Assembly: GCF_018350175.1 (NCBI RefSeq)
Contig: NC_058368.1
Location: forward strand, 225,620,001-225,684,000
Length of the DNA stretch: 64,000 nucleotides
Source: Felis catus
Taxonomy: Eukaryota
Direction of reading: 5' to 3'
Shown here: piece after piece, positions 50,733-63,095 of the stretch
Numbering within the stretch: position 1 is the stretch's first letter
Layout of the letters: each line of letters starts with the position of its first letter
Position numbers and translations under genes: made by a program
The notes under the pieces: model-generated
Database searches by the model: none
Told to the model about the DNA's origin: nothing
What the model saw: only the letters and a program-made list of their open reading frames with translations

Positions 50733-53700
50733 ATTTCCGTACTTCTTATAACTGTTCAAACTCTTCATTCCTAATTTGGTTTTGTAGCAGTGGTCTCTCA
50801 GAACCAGTTTTCTCCTCTTGTGTCCGAACTTAAAAAATAAAAATTGCTTTTAAACTTAAGTATGGCAAATGATCTTCATCTTCCAGTGGCTCAGAAGTTG
50901 TGGGTTTTGTTTTTTTTTTTGTCTCTGAAGTTCAATTACCTTAAAGCAAGCAACCACACAGTATATTGTCCTGATAATTATCTGTGCACTAATTCGTGCT
51001 CCCATTGTGGTGTATCTTAGTACCTATTGAAATAGCATTATAAAAATAATCGCTCTGGCCAAGCATTACAGATGCCAGTTTGACAGATTTTCCAGGCTAT
51101 GGACACTGAAGGATGTAGGGCCACTGGCACCTGTTCCCCTTGTTTTCTTCCCCATCCCCTGCTTTTTTTCGAACTCAGCATCCTTACAGCAGTGGCAGAA
51201 CCTTGGTGATTGTGTGAGTGACTCAGTACGTTCCACAGCTATTCTAGTATTTTAGTGACTGATTGGCGCCTCCTTGCCAACATCTACAAAGAGAGACAGC
51301 TGCCCTCCTAATTTGTATTTCTCGCCATGATTTTTCAGAGCGAGCGTGAATAAAGGGGCCTATGACCTATTCAATATGGTGGACGGAGAAGTTGAAATAG
51401 AACAGTGATGAATTGTGTGAGATTGAGTTTTAGTTTAGCAAGATAAAGGGTTTAATTACATTCATTAGATTAAATGGCAACAGATTATACCCAAGAGGGA
51501 GGCTGCTTTATGAGGATTTCCAGATGGGAGTTATGCTGAGGGTTGGACCTTCTGGTGTCTTTACTGGGGTCTGTGGTCGGTTTAGAACAAACCTGTAGTC
51601 TCCCTCTCCACCTCCAGCCCCCCCCCCCCCCATTTCTCTGTTTTCTTTCTGCATCTCCTTCAACACACATTAGTTGATTCTCAGGATCGATTTATACATC
51701 CAGGTATATCTTGAACTCCCAAACCTCTAATTTTAAATATATATGACCAATTCAGAATTTAAATTGGCCCCTCCAGCCCACCCTCTCATCCTTCTATTGC
51801 TTTTACTCTGTTTGAGGGAATGTATTTTCTTTGCGTGGCCCGGACCTCAGCCCCTTAGTTTCTCTTTGTCTCCCCTATGGATTCATACTGGAGTCCTTTT
51901 TTTGCCTCAGTTGGATTCACTGGTGGGCCTTACATTTTTTTCGATTGGAACACAGCATACATATTTTAAAAGTGCTCAGATCATAAGTAGCCTGCTTTGA
52001 ATGATCACTGCATGAGCCCAGAGATTGAAACAGTGGCCCACATAGGGAGGAGAGCGGTTTGGTTATGAACTTGTGGCTTTGCTTTGGTCCCTTGGCTCAC
52101 TAACCCACATTCTCCTCTCTGATTCTGCCATGTTGCTGGATGATACCAAGAAATGTGCTCTGGTTGGTTCTAGGACATGTTTGTGTCCGCCCTGGAGGAG
52201 GAGACCTCCCTGCCCTCCAAGCCCTCCCACGCTCGTGACCCTGATGTCAACCTTCCCACTCCAGCGCATGACCTCACCTTTTAATCCAGCAGAGGACTGA
52301 GAACATCTGTCATTAGCCAACTCGCCGCCCTCCTCCACAGTGCCCCGTTTCTCCCTCCCTCCGTGAGGTTCTCACGACGTTCTGAGTGCTGTGTTCCTAG
52401 AACTGCCCTGTCCCAGGCCTCTTGTCTATTTGGCTGCTTCCCATGAGGCCACCAACTCGTGGTTCTCACTCTGGCCACAGGTGCTCAGTCCATGCGTTCT
52501 GTCTTTGATTCTGACTTCTCTGACCTAGATTTGAACTCCACCACAGCTCTGTGATGGCCATCTGGCTTTGGTATCGCGTACCAGTTCGTGTTGTCGGTGC
52601 TGACTTCTGCCGTGCGGCTGATGTGCCTTCTGGATGTTTTTGAAGTTTACCGTGTTCACCACAATAGCGTTTTAAGCTATACGGCAACCTTGCATTTCTA
52701 CCAGGGATCTTGATCTTTCTGCAGCCTAAGCCCATTCCCCACTGGTGCCCCTTCCTTCCCAGGGGTATTCCTTCCTTCCTTCCCAGGATCTCTTCCATCT
52801 AACCAGTGATCATACAGGCTTGTCACACACACTCGCCACCCCTCAGTCTCCCTTTGGAAAAACCTTGACTCTTAAGCAACAAGACACAGTAACTCAGCCG
52901 ACTCAGTATATATGTACAAGTATCACACTTAATAAGCATTTGTTTAGAGGCTCCACAGTGTTGGGGCTTCGCGTCAATGTGTCTTCCATTCTCTTGGTCC
53001 TTCTTCAAGGTTGCAAAATGGCTGCCATAGGGGCAACCATCCCATCTTCACAGAATATCTTCATTCAGTTCTTTTAACAGCTAGGTTTTGAGTCCCTGTG
53101 TGCCGCCTTGGGATCCATCCATCTCTGAATAAAGAAAACAGAGACTTTGTTCTCTTAGAGTAAATATTAACCTGTGAAAGGAATCGGCTTAGGAAGGAAA
53201 AATCTTCCCAGGAGCCCCTCCGTGGGTTTGCCTCCCAGCTCCTCGGTGCTGGTTTCTTTACTTGGTTTGAGGACCAGACAGGGTCTGTGGCTGAGCCACA
53301 CCCCACAAGAAGCTTGGGAGAGTGCGTATCTGGCAGAGTGGATGGGTTTGCCTGGTGGGCATGGAATGACCTCCCATTCCCAGGACGGCTGCCCTGAATA
53401 CAGAGGGAGTTCCGTTAGCAGGGGAGGGCTCATGGGCCCCATCAGAGAATAAAACCACAAGTGAGGAGTGGAGAGGATGAAGATGGAAAGAGGGAAATAC
53501 AAAAATACTTGGGATGTATCTTGTGTACAGTTCAGAGAGCTTTTAGCAGGGATGTGAGATCAGATTCTCTGAACATTTTACACTTGTAACGGTTTTGAGG
53601 AAGGAGTTCGATAAATACACTCACCTTATTCATTGACCCTGATTTGATACTAAACAATAGAAAGGGAAATGAATCTAGTACTTAATGCAAAATTGATGTG

Positions 53701-53748
53701 GTACTAACAGATTTGTGTATGCTTGGTTATCAGGAAATTTCTCATAAG

Positions 53749-53892
53749 CATTACCCAGCATTGTCCCTGGAATATTCTAGAACACACTACCCAACATTGT
53801 CACTGTCATATTTTAGAACACGCTACCCAGCATTGTCACTGGTATATTGTAGAACACATTACCCAACATTGTCACTGGAATATTCTAGAACA
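53749..53892. repeat. Minisatellite, 4 x 36 bp
   Basis: Four adjacent units of consensus cattacccaRcattgtcactggaatattctagaaca. Confidence 0.95.
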
Positions 53893-54242
53893 GCACTTTT
53901 CCCACTGTGGCAAAAGAGCAGTTCTTTTTTTATGATTGCCAATTTGTTGTGGACTGGTAATTTGATGGTGTGTCCGTGTCCTGTTGCTGTAAGTTCCTGA
54001 GGGCTGACTCTCAGGGGGTCCCGCTCATCATGAACTGCTACCTGTCACCAGCCACGCTCGGAGTGATGCCCTTCTGGCTTTTCCGTAAGGAAAAAAGAGC
54101 AGAGAATCTCATTCCAGGTCCTGATGCTTACCAGCCACACCCCCTCGGACAAGACACTCAAATTGTATCAATTCACTTCCTTCATGTACATAAGGAAATC
54201 CTATTCCTGGCACCCCTCCCTTGCCTTAATAGGGTTGTGTGA

Positions 54243-54463
54243 GGGGCGCCTGGGTGGCTCAGTCAGCTGAATGGCCGACTTCGGCTCACGTCACGATCTC
54301 ACGGTTCGTGGGTTCGAGCCCCGCGTCGAGCTCTGTGCTGACAGCTCAGAGCCTGGAGCCTGTTTCCGATTCTGTGTCTCCCTCTCTCTCTGCCCCTCCC
54401 CTGCTCACACTCTTGACTCTGTCTCAAGAATAAATAAACATTTTTTAAAAATTTAAAAAAAAA
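54243..54463 (+). mobile_element. Can-SINE
   Basis: TSD agggttgtgtga. Confidence 0.95.
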
Positions 54464-55769
54464 AGAGGGTTGTGTGAGATTTGATTGAGGTAATGAAAAA
54501 TCTGTGCAGAGCAGCCCACATTTAAATATTAAATACCATTGTTTGCTGTTTCACTTTTAAATCAAGGAGAAGGCCATAGCTTTTCTCTTCCGTAATAATT
54601 AAATACCAGCTCTCCTTTTAACAATCACAGGGGTTCCCTTTCTGCAGAAACACGCTGCTTTCTCTCTTCCCCACATGACTGGCAGAGGGTGGCCACAGGG
54701 AAGCCCCAGGTGCCTTGTCCCCCAAGAGGGGTCTGGTGTGCAGGCCTGAAGGCTGAGAACTTCCTGCAGGTTTTCCTGGGAAGTCATGGCCCAGAGGGAG
54801 GCAGAGTTGGGGGCGTCTGCATCCGGCGTGTGCAGGAAAGGAGGGAAGGAAACCCCACAGTGTGCTGTATTCTCCACCACGGCCCTGGAGAGGAACAGAA
54901 GTCAGAGCAGCAGGTGCACGCTCTTGTTAAAAGCAGGAAACCGGAAAGGAATAAGAATGGAAGAAAGAAGCTGTGGACAGGGGCAGGTTTGCATTCTTGT
55001 AACGCAAGGAAGCGTTGGACCAGACGTTAAATACCGGTGGCTTTCAGGCTATTTGTGGGGTTGGGAAGCAGGCACGTGATGTGGGCACAATGGTAGCTAC
55101 GATTCAAATGAGCCAACGTCCTACAGACACAATGAGAGGCAAAGTGCTTGTTCTGGACCCAGGGGTCTGGCCGTGAGCCGTAGCCTTTCTAAAGCATTTA
55201 CTGGCCAGGTTTGAGGGAGAAAGTAGATCGGAGTGCCCTCTTTCTGGCCTGTTCCCATCTAGCTTTATTACACATTCCCCCAGTGGTGCCCTTTTTTATT
55301 GTTACCATAGGGGCTGGAGATGCTGGGTTCAATGGCTTGTCAAAAATAAAACCAACTGAAGGGCCTAGGAATCTTCTGGAGTGACTTTAGACACTAAATA
55401 TATTAGGAAAAAAAGAAATCCGTGCATTTTTTGTTGTTGTCTGAGAAGTCTGTTGGCAGCTCGCACTTTATTTGAAATTAATGGATATTCCTCACGTCTG
55501 ATTTCTTTAGAATCATGAGCCTTGTGTGAAATACTCATGGGGTGTCTTTCACAGTATTTGCGTCTTTTTCACCTTTGATTCACGAATACTGTGTGCAAAG
55601 TAATATATTTTATTTCGGTCTCTGTATAAGCCTTGCATTAAAATAGTCTGACAGTTCATTTATATAAAACTGTGCTCCAAGTATCAGTGCAAATAGAACT
55701 ACAATGTTAAGCCTTGCTCTTTTGCTCCAAGCCCTCATAGAGTCAGAGGCTCAGCCTGATTTAGTAGAG

Positions 55770-55990
55770 CCACACTGTCCAGTAGAAATAAAATGCGAGT
55801 CATGTTAAAAGAAGTTGGGTTTTTGTGAAATCAGTTTCAATAATCTATTGTAGCCCAGCATAGCCAAAATGTTATTCCAACACGGGATGCATTTCAAAGT
55901 TATTAATGAGAGCTTCTCCGATGTTTTTCATGCTGATTTTTGGGAAATTGGATATATAATTGTGTGCAGACCGCAGTTCGGTTTGCACCG
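55770..55990 (+). mobile_element. MER33-like hAT transposon
   Basis: ctgtccagtagaaataaaatgcgag...ccaaaatgttatt...ttattaatgaga. Confidence 0.6.
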
Positions 55991-56026
55991 TGGGAGTGCC
56001 TTATTTGCCGGGCTTTTTCATTCTCT

Positions 56027-56202
56027 CAGTGGTCGGCCGCGTGCTCTTTCTGCAACTGGCAAGACAGTGAATATTTTAGGCTCTGCTATTGTCACGTGAA
56101 AGTAGTCACGGACAATGCATGGCTGTGTTCCAAGAAAACCGTATTTACAAAAACAGGTGGCAAGCCGGATGTGGCCCGCAGGACGCGGTTTGCCAACCCC
56201 TG
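56027..56202 (-). mobile_element. MER58A-like hAT transposon
   Basis: catggctgtgttccaa...tttacaaaaacaggtggc...gtttgccaacccctg. Confidence 0.75.
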
Positions 56203-56566
56203 CCCTAGCTAAGTGTATTGTCTCCTTGGACTTTTAATCCTCAGAAGTTCATTTCTGTTTTGGTATGAAGTCTGCTACCAAGATATAGCTATTGTGATGA
56301 ATTTCATTCAAGAATATTCAGGAAAAACGTGCCAGGAAACAAAGGCCGTTGTTCAATAATAAAAACTTTAGAAGAACCACAGGAACTCCCCACCCCGCCT
56401 CCTGAACTTGGCCCTCGCAGGGCGGACGGTGCAGCCTAGCTCTTTGTAGTGCTGGCTTGGGCCCCCCCCGAGACTGGTTCTGTCTCACAAGAGCTTTGTG
56501 ACTCTTTGTAAGTTGCTCTCTCTGTGCCTTAGGTGTGTCCCTTAATAGAGTTGCTAAAATTAAAAG

Positions 56567-56850
56567 CGGGTGCCTGGCAGGCTCAGTCGGTAGAGCATGC
56601 AACTCTTGATCTTCGGGTTGTGAGTTCGAGTCCCACGTTGGGTGTAGAGAGATTACTTATAAAATTTTTAAATAGAATCTTAAAGGGCACCTGAGTGGCC
56701 CGGTCGGTTAAGCATCTGACTTCAGGTCACGTCATGATCTCGCGGTTTGTGAGTTCAAGCCCTGCTTCTCTCTCTCTCCCTCTCTCTCGGTCACTCACTC
56801 ACTTGTGCCTTCTCTCTCAAAAAAATAAATAAGTAAAATTAAATCTTAAA
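56567..56850 (+). mobile_element. Two tandem Can-SINEs (short variant plus an internally deleted copy)
   Basis: Heads at about 56567 and 56684; shared A-rich end. Confidence 0.88.
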
Positions 56851-58189
56851 AAAAAAAAGCAAAAGCAAGCTAACGTTATAAAGTTAGTGTAATGTCTGGC
56901 ATGTGATAAGTTCCTGGTACATGAGCCTTCATTGTTGCTACACGTAGGATTCTCACTATCGTTACCACCACCACCATTAAGGATTCATCAATACAGACCA
57001 GAACAGGAACACGTCAACTTGATCGGCCACCCGCAGGGGATCATAGCAGCTGCTGGCACAGCGTCCCTTTGGACGTGGACTTGTTGACGAGGGGAGGAGC
57101 CCTGCCCTCTGGGGACTCGATCGCAGAACCTGCAGAGATTCCGATATTAGAAGTGGTGCCTGTCCCGGTAACTGCTGTTGATGTGGCTCCGTCACCCATT
57201 CTTTGGACCTGTTTAATGAAAATACTAGCAGCTGCACTGCCTGCCTCACCGGGTGGCGGAGAACAGCACGTGCTACCGTGTATGTGAAGGACTTTGGAAG
57301 TTGCAAAGTGCCGTGCAAATGTTAGCTAGTCCCATTTCCTGAAGAGTTGTCTCTCTTTGCCTTGTATTGCACATTTAATTTGATATCATGGGCTGGTGTA
57401 ATTCATAGGGCGGTTGGAAGGACTGAGAGAGTTGCCTGTAGGACGCTTAATATATTGGTGGAACCAGGGCCCCTGTTCAGTGAGTAGTAGCTGCTATTTT
57501 TGTTACTAAATTGGTTTAAGACACAGCCTTTTATCACAACCCATCCCTGAAGACTTCTCTCCATCCTTTGGACTAGAAATACTATGAAAATGACCCTATT
57601 ACATAGTGTGATAGATAAACTCCCAAATTTCCATGGTCTGACACACTAGAACGTAGTAGAAAATGGACAGAATTAAGTCACCAGAGTCTTCTGGTCGGTA
57701 ATTACCTTCTGACTGATGAGAGTGTCAAACCAACAGTGACACTTTATGTAGATGGGAGCTGAGGGCGTCCCGCAGTGTGATGTTGTCTCTGTAACCATGT
57801 TTCCTTAGAGGTGTGGGGGGGGGGGGGTTCTAAAGCTCCACATGGGAGTGGTCACCTTCCAGGTCTCCGAGCGCCTAGCCATCGGCCGTCAGAAGTACAG
57901 GAGTGCATTCGCCATGAGACAGAGGGACTCTGGAGGGCCAGGATGGATGTCCACACCTCCAGGAGACTCGCTCGTGTGGGGACTCTGCTGTTCCCCTTTC
58001 TTATTTCCTTTCATTCAGTGAAAGCTGAAGAGAACGCAGCAAAGATTAGAAACCACATAAATGTCCTCACTTAGGGAGCTGATGTAATGCTTTCTGGTGG
58101 TGATGTTGCTGTATAACTATGGAAAGAATGTTGGACACCTGTGTGTCCTAACAGGGATTTCTTCCTGAAGGGGAGAAAACCAAAATGCC

Positions 58190-58322
58190 TTTCTTCTTCT
58201 CCTCCTCCTCCTCCTCCTCTTCTTCTCCTCCTCCTCCTCCTCCTCTTCTTCTCCTCCTCCTCCTCCTCCTCCTCCTCCTCCTCCCTCTTCTCCTTCCTCT
58301 TCTCCTTCTTCTTCCTTTTTTT
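58190..58322. repeat. (CTC/CTT)n pure polypyrimidine tract
   Basis: About 130 nt containing only C and T. Confidence 0.95.
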
Positions 58323-58475
58323 AAACAAAGTGGGTGTTTACCTGTAAGTGCTCATAGGTGTGGATATAATGCACACACAGTTGTATGTTTATGTGTGCAT
58401 AGAACATACGCAGACACACAGGATTTTCATTGTATGCCTTCTCCATATTTCTGATTTAAAAAAAACAAAACCTTT

Positions 58476-58715
58476 GGGGGCGCCTGGGTGGCTCAGTTGG
58501 TTAAGCGCTGGGCTCTTGATTTTGGCTCAGGTTATAATCTCATAGTTCGTGGATTCGGGCTCCATGTCCGGCTCTATGCTGACAGCGTGGAGCCTGCCTG
58601 GGATTCTCTCTCTCTGCCTCTCCCCAACTTGAACATACGTGCACGTATGCTTTCTCTGTCTCTCTGTCTCTCTGTCTCTGTCTCTGTCTCTCTCTTTAGA
58701 AAATAAACTAGAAAA
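58476..58715 (+). mobile_element. Can-SINE
   Basis: TSD aaaacctt. Confidence 0.92.
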
Positions 58716-59021
58716 AAAACCTTGATGCCTTATTCTGGTATTTAACAACAACTTAATGGAGAAAATGAACCTGCCTTTATCTCCCCATTTATTTTACGTC
58801 TGTCCTCAAACTATATTGGAAAGTTACTTCATATTTTGGAGCTGAACCATTTCCTATAGAAACACGTTCTGGTTATGTCACATAAGTAGTTAAAAAACAT
58901 AACTGGATGTTGAACTGTGTTTTGGGCATGTGCTATAGAAGCACGTTTTGAGGACGGCTGGGACCTCGTGGCTGGCAGCTTTTAGAGTGCCAAGTAAGCC
59001 AACATCAGATCGGATTTTTCT

Positions 59022-59230
59022 GGGTGCCTGGGTGGCTCAGACGGTTAAGCACCTGACTCTTGGTTTCAGCTCAAGTCATGATCTCACGGTTCGTGAGTTC
59101 CAGCCCCGCATTGGGCCCCATGCTGTCCATGAGGAGCCTGCTTGGGATTCCCTCTCTCCCTCCCTCCCTCGGACCCTCCCCTGCTTGTACTCTCCCTCTC
59201 TCTCAAAATAAACTTAAAAACTTAAAAAAA
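59022..59230 (+). mobile_element. Can-SINE
   Basis: Head and tail present. Confidence 0.92.
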
Positions 59231-59439
59231 GAATGGAGTTTTTCTGCTGTTTTCATAAATCTAGTTGGATGGAATTAGTTTTATTAAGGTTTGCTTGCAA
59301 ACATTCTCTCTTGCAAACAGTGAAAAACCTGACTCCAACCACCTGCCATCCATTTAATTGTAGAGTATGAGAATTGTGACCTGTATTCCGAGGGTAGAAA
59401 CTCCATCAGCTATACTACTTACGGTGCTTATGTGTAGCT

Positions 59440-59657
59440 TCTTTTTTGTTTGTTTGTTTGTTTGTTTGTTTGTGTATTGTTTGAGAGACAGAGTACGATC
59501 AGGGGAGGGGCAGAGAGAGGGAGACCCAGAATCCGAAGCAGGCTCCAGACTCAGAGCTGGCAGCACAGAGCCCGACACGGGGCTCGAACTCACAAACAGC
59601 GAGATCACGACCTGAGCCGAAGTCGAAGCTCAACCTGCTGAGCCACCTGCGCTCACC
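59440..59657 (-). mobile_element. Can-SINE
   Basis: TSD tgtgtagct. Confidence 0.9.
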
Positions 59658-59799
59658 TGTGTAGCTCCCTTTGCCCCTAGTCTTACAGAGCCCGTTTCCA
59701 CATTTACTTAAGGCTGCCCCGCCCCCAGTCCTTCAGTGAGCTTGGGTCATGGATTTGTAATACATCTAGATTCTTTTGTGACAGGACGCATTATTTCCT

Positions 59800-60800
59800 G
59801 GGGTCCTCCAAGCTTCACTCCTGTGCTTACAGTTCTCTGGATGTGGGCAAGTGTATCACGTCGTGTATCTACCATTACAGTATCATACAGAATAGTTTCA
59901 CCCACCCAAAATTTCACCTGTGCTTTATTCATCCCTCCCTGCCGAGCCCCTGGTGACCCCTGGAGTTTATACTGTCTCTGTATAGCTTTGCCTTATTCAG
60001 AATGCCATATAATTGGAATCAAATCGTACATACGTATGCTCATTTCAGATTGCTTTCATCTAGCACGGACTATTGAAGGTTCCTCTGTGTCGTGGGGGGA
60101 ACTTGATAGCTCCTTTTTATAAATCTCTGAATAATATCCATTGTGTATGGATAAATGGACAGTTTATTTGTCCCTTCACCGACTGAAGGACATCTCGATT
60201 GCTTCTAGGTTTTTTTTGACCGTTATGAATAAAGCTGTTACAAACAGTCACTTGCGGCTTTTCGTGTGTTCAGTTCGTTGGCTGAATCCTTGAGAGAATG
60301 ATTGCCGGATCATTTTTAAGACTGTGTTTAACTTTGTGAGAAACTGTCTTCCGAATTGGCTGTATGATTTTGCATCCAACCAGCTACGAATTAGCATTCT
60401 TGTTGTTCCGCATCTTCCCCATCGTTGGGTCGGCTTTCTGGATTTAATCGTTCTAACAGGTGTGTGGTGCTATCTCGTTATTTTAATTTGCAATTTCCCG
60501 AAACAACTGCTGTTGAGTATCTTTCCATATGCTTATTAGCCATGTCTATGTCTCCTTCGATGATGTGTCCAGGTCTTTCCCTAATTTTTAACTTGGACTG
60601 TTTTTTTTTTCATATTGTTCACTGCAAAGTGTCCTTCTATATGCTGGATACATTATTCTTTCAAATAAGTATTTCAAAAATAGTTTCCCACTGTGTTGCT
60701 TGTCTTCCCATTATCTTAACAAGTGTCTTTCAGAGAGAAGTTAATTTTAAGGAAATCCAACTGTCCGTTTTTCCTTTTATGTACTGTCTTCTGATAATAT
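59800..60800 (-). mobile_element. Old L1 (L1MC/MD-like) ORF2 end and 3'UTR
   Basis: gaataatatccattgtgtatggata, tatgaataaagctgtta and ttccatatgcttattagccat are reversed L1 hallmarks. Confidence 0.8.
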
Positions 60801-60859
60801 TTCTATGTCCTTGCTGAATAAGTACATTGGAAACTGCTATAAACAGAACCATAGTTTTA

Positions 60860-61063
60860 TGTATGTACGTGTGTATGTTTATGTTAGAGAGAGAGACAGA
60901 GTGCGAGTGCGGGCAGAGAGACTGGGAGACAGAGGATCCGAAACAGGGTCCAGTCTCTGCACTGACAGCAGAGAGTCCGATATGAGGCTTGAACTCAGGA
61001 ACCACAAGATCATGACCTGAGCCGAAGTCAGACACTTAACTGATTGAGCCACCCGGGCACCCC
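60860..61063 (-). mobile_element. Can-SINE
   Basis: Reverse head gagccacccgggcacccc. Confidence 0.9.
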
Positions 61064-61524
61064 CATAATTTAATTTATGCAGTACAGTAGTATAAGTGTA
61101 TACATATCTTATGTCCCGTCCAATTTAGTTATGAATTCATAAAATTCAGCTCCTCCCTTGAAAGAATGCATCACCTAATGGGGACTTCACATAGATATGT
61201 CTAATGGACGTGCAGAAATGCATGACGTGGAAAAGTGCATGGTCAAGGTCACATCCTAAGGCAAGTTGCACGTGTGCCACCAAGGAAAGGGAGGTGACAG
61301 ATGTTGGCAGATGCATTAGGAACAGATTTCTTTATTGAGGGGGCTATGTTTGAGAGACCCCTCAAAGCTCCATGAAACTCAACAGTGGGAGACAACAGAA
61401 CATTCTGGTGGTGGGGCTGGCTCCAGCTGACTGGATGGAAGACTGGAGCCGTATTGTGGGCCCTTGAATGTGAAATGGAAGGTTTGTCTCAGTTTGGTAT
61501 GTGCTGGCTAAAGCTATGGCTTAG

Positions 61525-61531
<7 letters not shown>

Positions 61532-61578
<47 letters not shown>
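61532..61578. repeat. (TG)n microsatellite
   Basis: Read directly from the sequence. Confidence 0.95.
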
Positions 61579-61583
<5 letters not shown>

Positions 61584-62364
61584 TGTTCTAGCTCCTCTCC
61601 TGTTGAGTAGTTGGCGTTTGCATGGATCTGAGGTGAACACAGCAGCTTCCCGCTGTCGTAGTTTGGCTTTTCCTGCTCAGGGTGGTGACTGCGCTTCAGT
61701 AATGTGAAGGCTGTGCTTGGTGAGGGAGAACTTTCCACGCTTTATACTCTGACCTCCAGGACTGACTGGCAGCCTTAGCCAGTCACGTGACCGAGTTGGT
61801 TCCTGTTCCTCACCTGGGGCGGGCGGGGGGGGGGCTGCCTCTTTTCCTGGGAGAATTTGGTTTCTGCCTCTTGGCTCAAAATGTGAAAATTAGCAAGTGG
61901 CAACAACTGTGTAAAATGTGTCACAGCCCAGGGTGAAATGACAGAGGTAATTACGTACAAAGAAGTTTTGTTGCTGGTTTAATTGGCTTTTGTTTATTGC
62001 CTGTTCAAGGTCAGGAAGATTATATAGGCTGCTTTAGTAACCATGCTTTTGAAAACTCTTCAAAGCACGATAAACTTCTGTTCAATATTTATTAACTGCT
62101 TTTGGGAATCTGATGTAGCGAGCACAGCGAATAAAGATTGAGAGGCGTGGCATCTTTTTAAATTATTTTTATTTATTTATTTTTTGGTTAATGAGTAAGG
62201 TGGACAGGAGCCCTATTGTAAGACTCTCTCAGTCATTATAGGGGTGGGAATGATGTGTTATTAGTGTAACATAATCGACCTAGCAAGCTTTTCTGCAATC
62301 TCTGATTTTCTAAAGTTGAAGAAGGGTTATTGGAAGTAGGATTTGTTTGTTTTAATTAAAAAAA

Positions 62365-62389
62365 ATCTTTTTTAATGTTTCTATTTATT

Positions 62390-62428
<39 letters not shown>

Positions 62429-62550
62429 GAGCTTGAGTAGGGGAGGGGCAGAGAGAGAGGGAGACACAGAATCTGAAGCAGGCTCCAGGCTCTGAGTTGA
62501 CTGCAGAGAGCCGGATGCAGGGCTCAAACTTGTGAACAAAGACAAGGTCA
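62365..62550 (-). mobile_element. Can-SINE, 5'-truncated
   Basis: Tail and (GA)n present; tRNA head missing. Confidence 0.85.
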
Positions 62551-62904
62551 GGATCCATTAAAAAAATACGAGAAAAAGTAGAACTCTTTAATTTTAGAAT
62601 ATTATACTACTCACTTGGAGAAACAGTCTACCCGAAGGGGTGGGAGATTAACTCCTATAAGATAGAAAGCTAAAATTTTTTTTCTATTAAGCTGCTAACA
62701 GCAGTAAGGCACTTGTTGGTATGACGCTCAGATCTTGTCTGATTTTTCTGTGCTCCGAGGACCTAGATCGTTGGGCCTAGGGCTCTCCGCCATGTTGCAT
62801 TCTAAGCAGATTGGAGCCAAAGCGAGGCCTGCGTTGGTTGAGTCCAGAGAGGGACAGGTGCATTGCATGATGTTACCCGTATGGTTGCCCTCAGTCTATG
62901 GAAA

Positions 62905-63095
62905 GTTGTTTGTTTGTTTGTTTTAATGTTTGTTTATTTTTGAGAGAGAGTGGGGGAGAGGAGCAGAGAGAGAGTGAGAATGTGAAACAGGCTCCAGGCT
63001 CCAAGCTGTCATCACAGGGCTTGGACTCCCTAACTGTGAGATCATGACCTGAGCCAAAGTCCGATGCTTCACCGACTTAGCCACCCAGGCGCCCC
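62905..63095 (-). mobile_element. Can-SINE
   Basis: Reverse head gccacccaggcgcccc. Confidence 0.9.

Noticed and set aside
51065..51090. cag|atgccagtttgacag resembles the start of exon 20 (MPDQFDQ)
   Set aside because: Reads ATG CCA GTT TGA (stop), has no pyrimidine tract and no following QLRYSGMLETV; chance similarity. Exon 20 lies beyond the window.
53749..53892. 36-bp repeats as a CRISPR array
   Set aside because: Units are directly adjacent with no unique spacers, there are no cas genes, and the context is a mammalian intron.
58071..58454. Poly-E/R/G and poly-S/P/L ORFs
   Set aside because: Translations of the (CTC/CTT)n tract.
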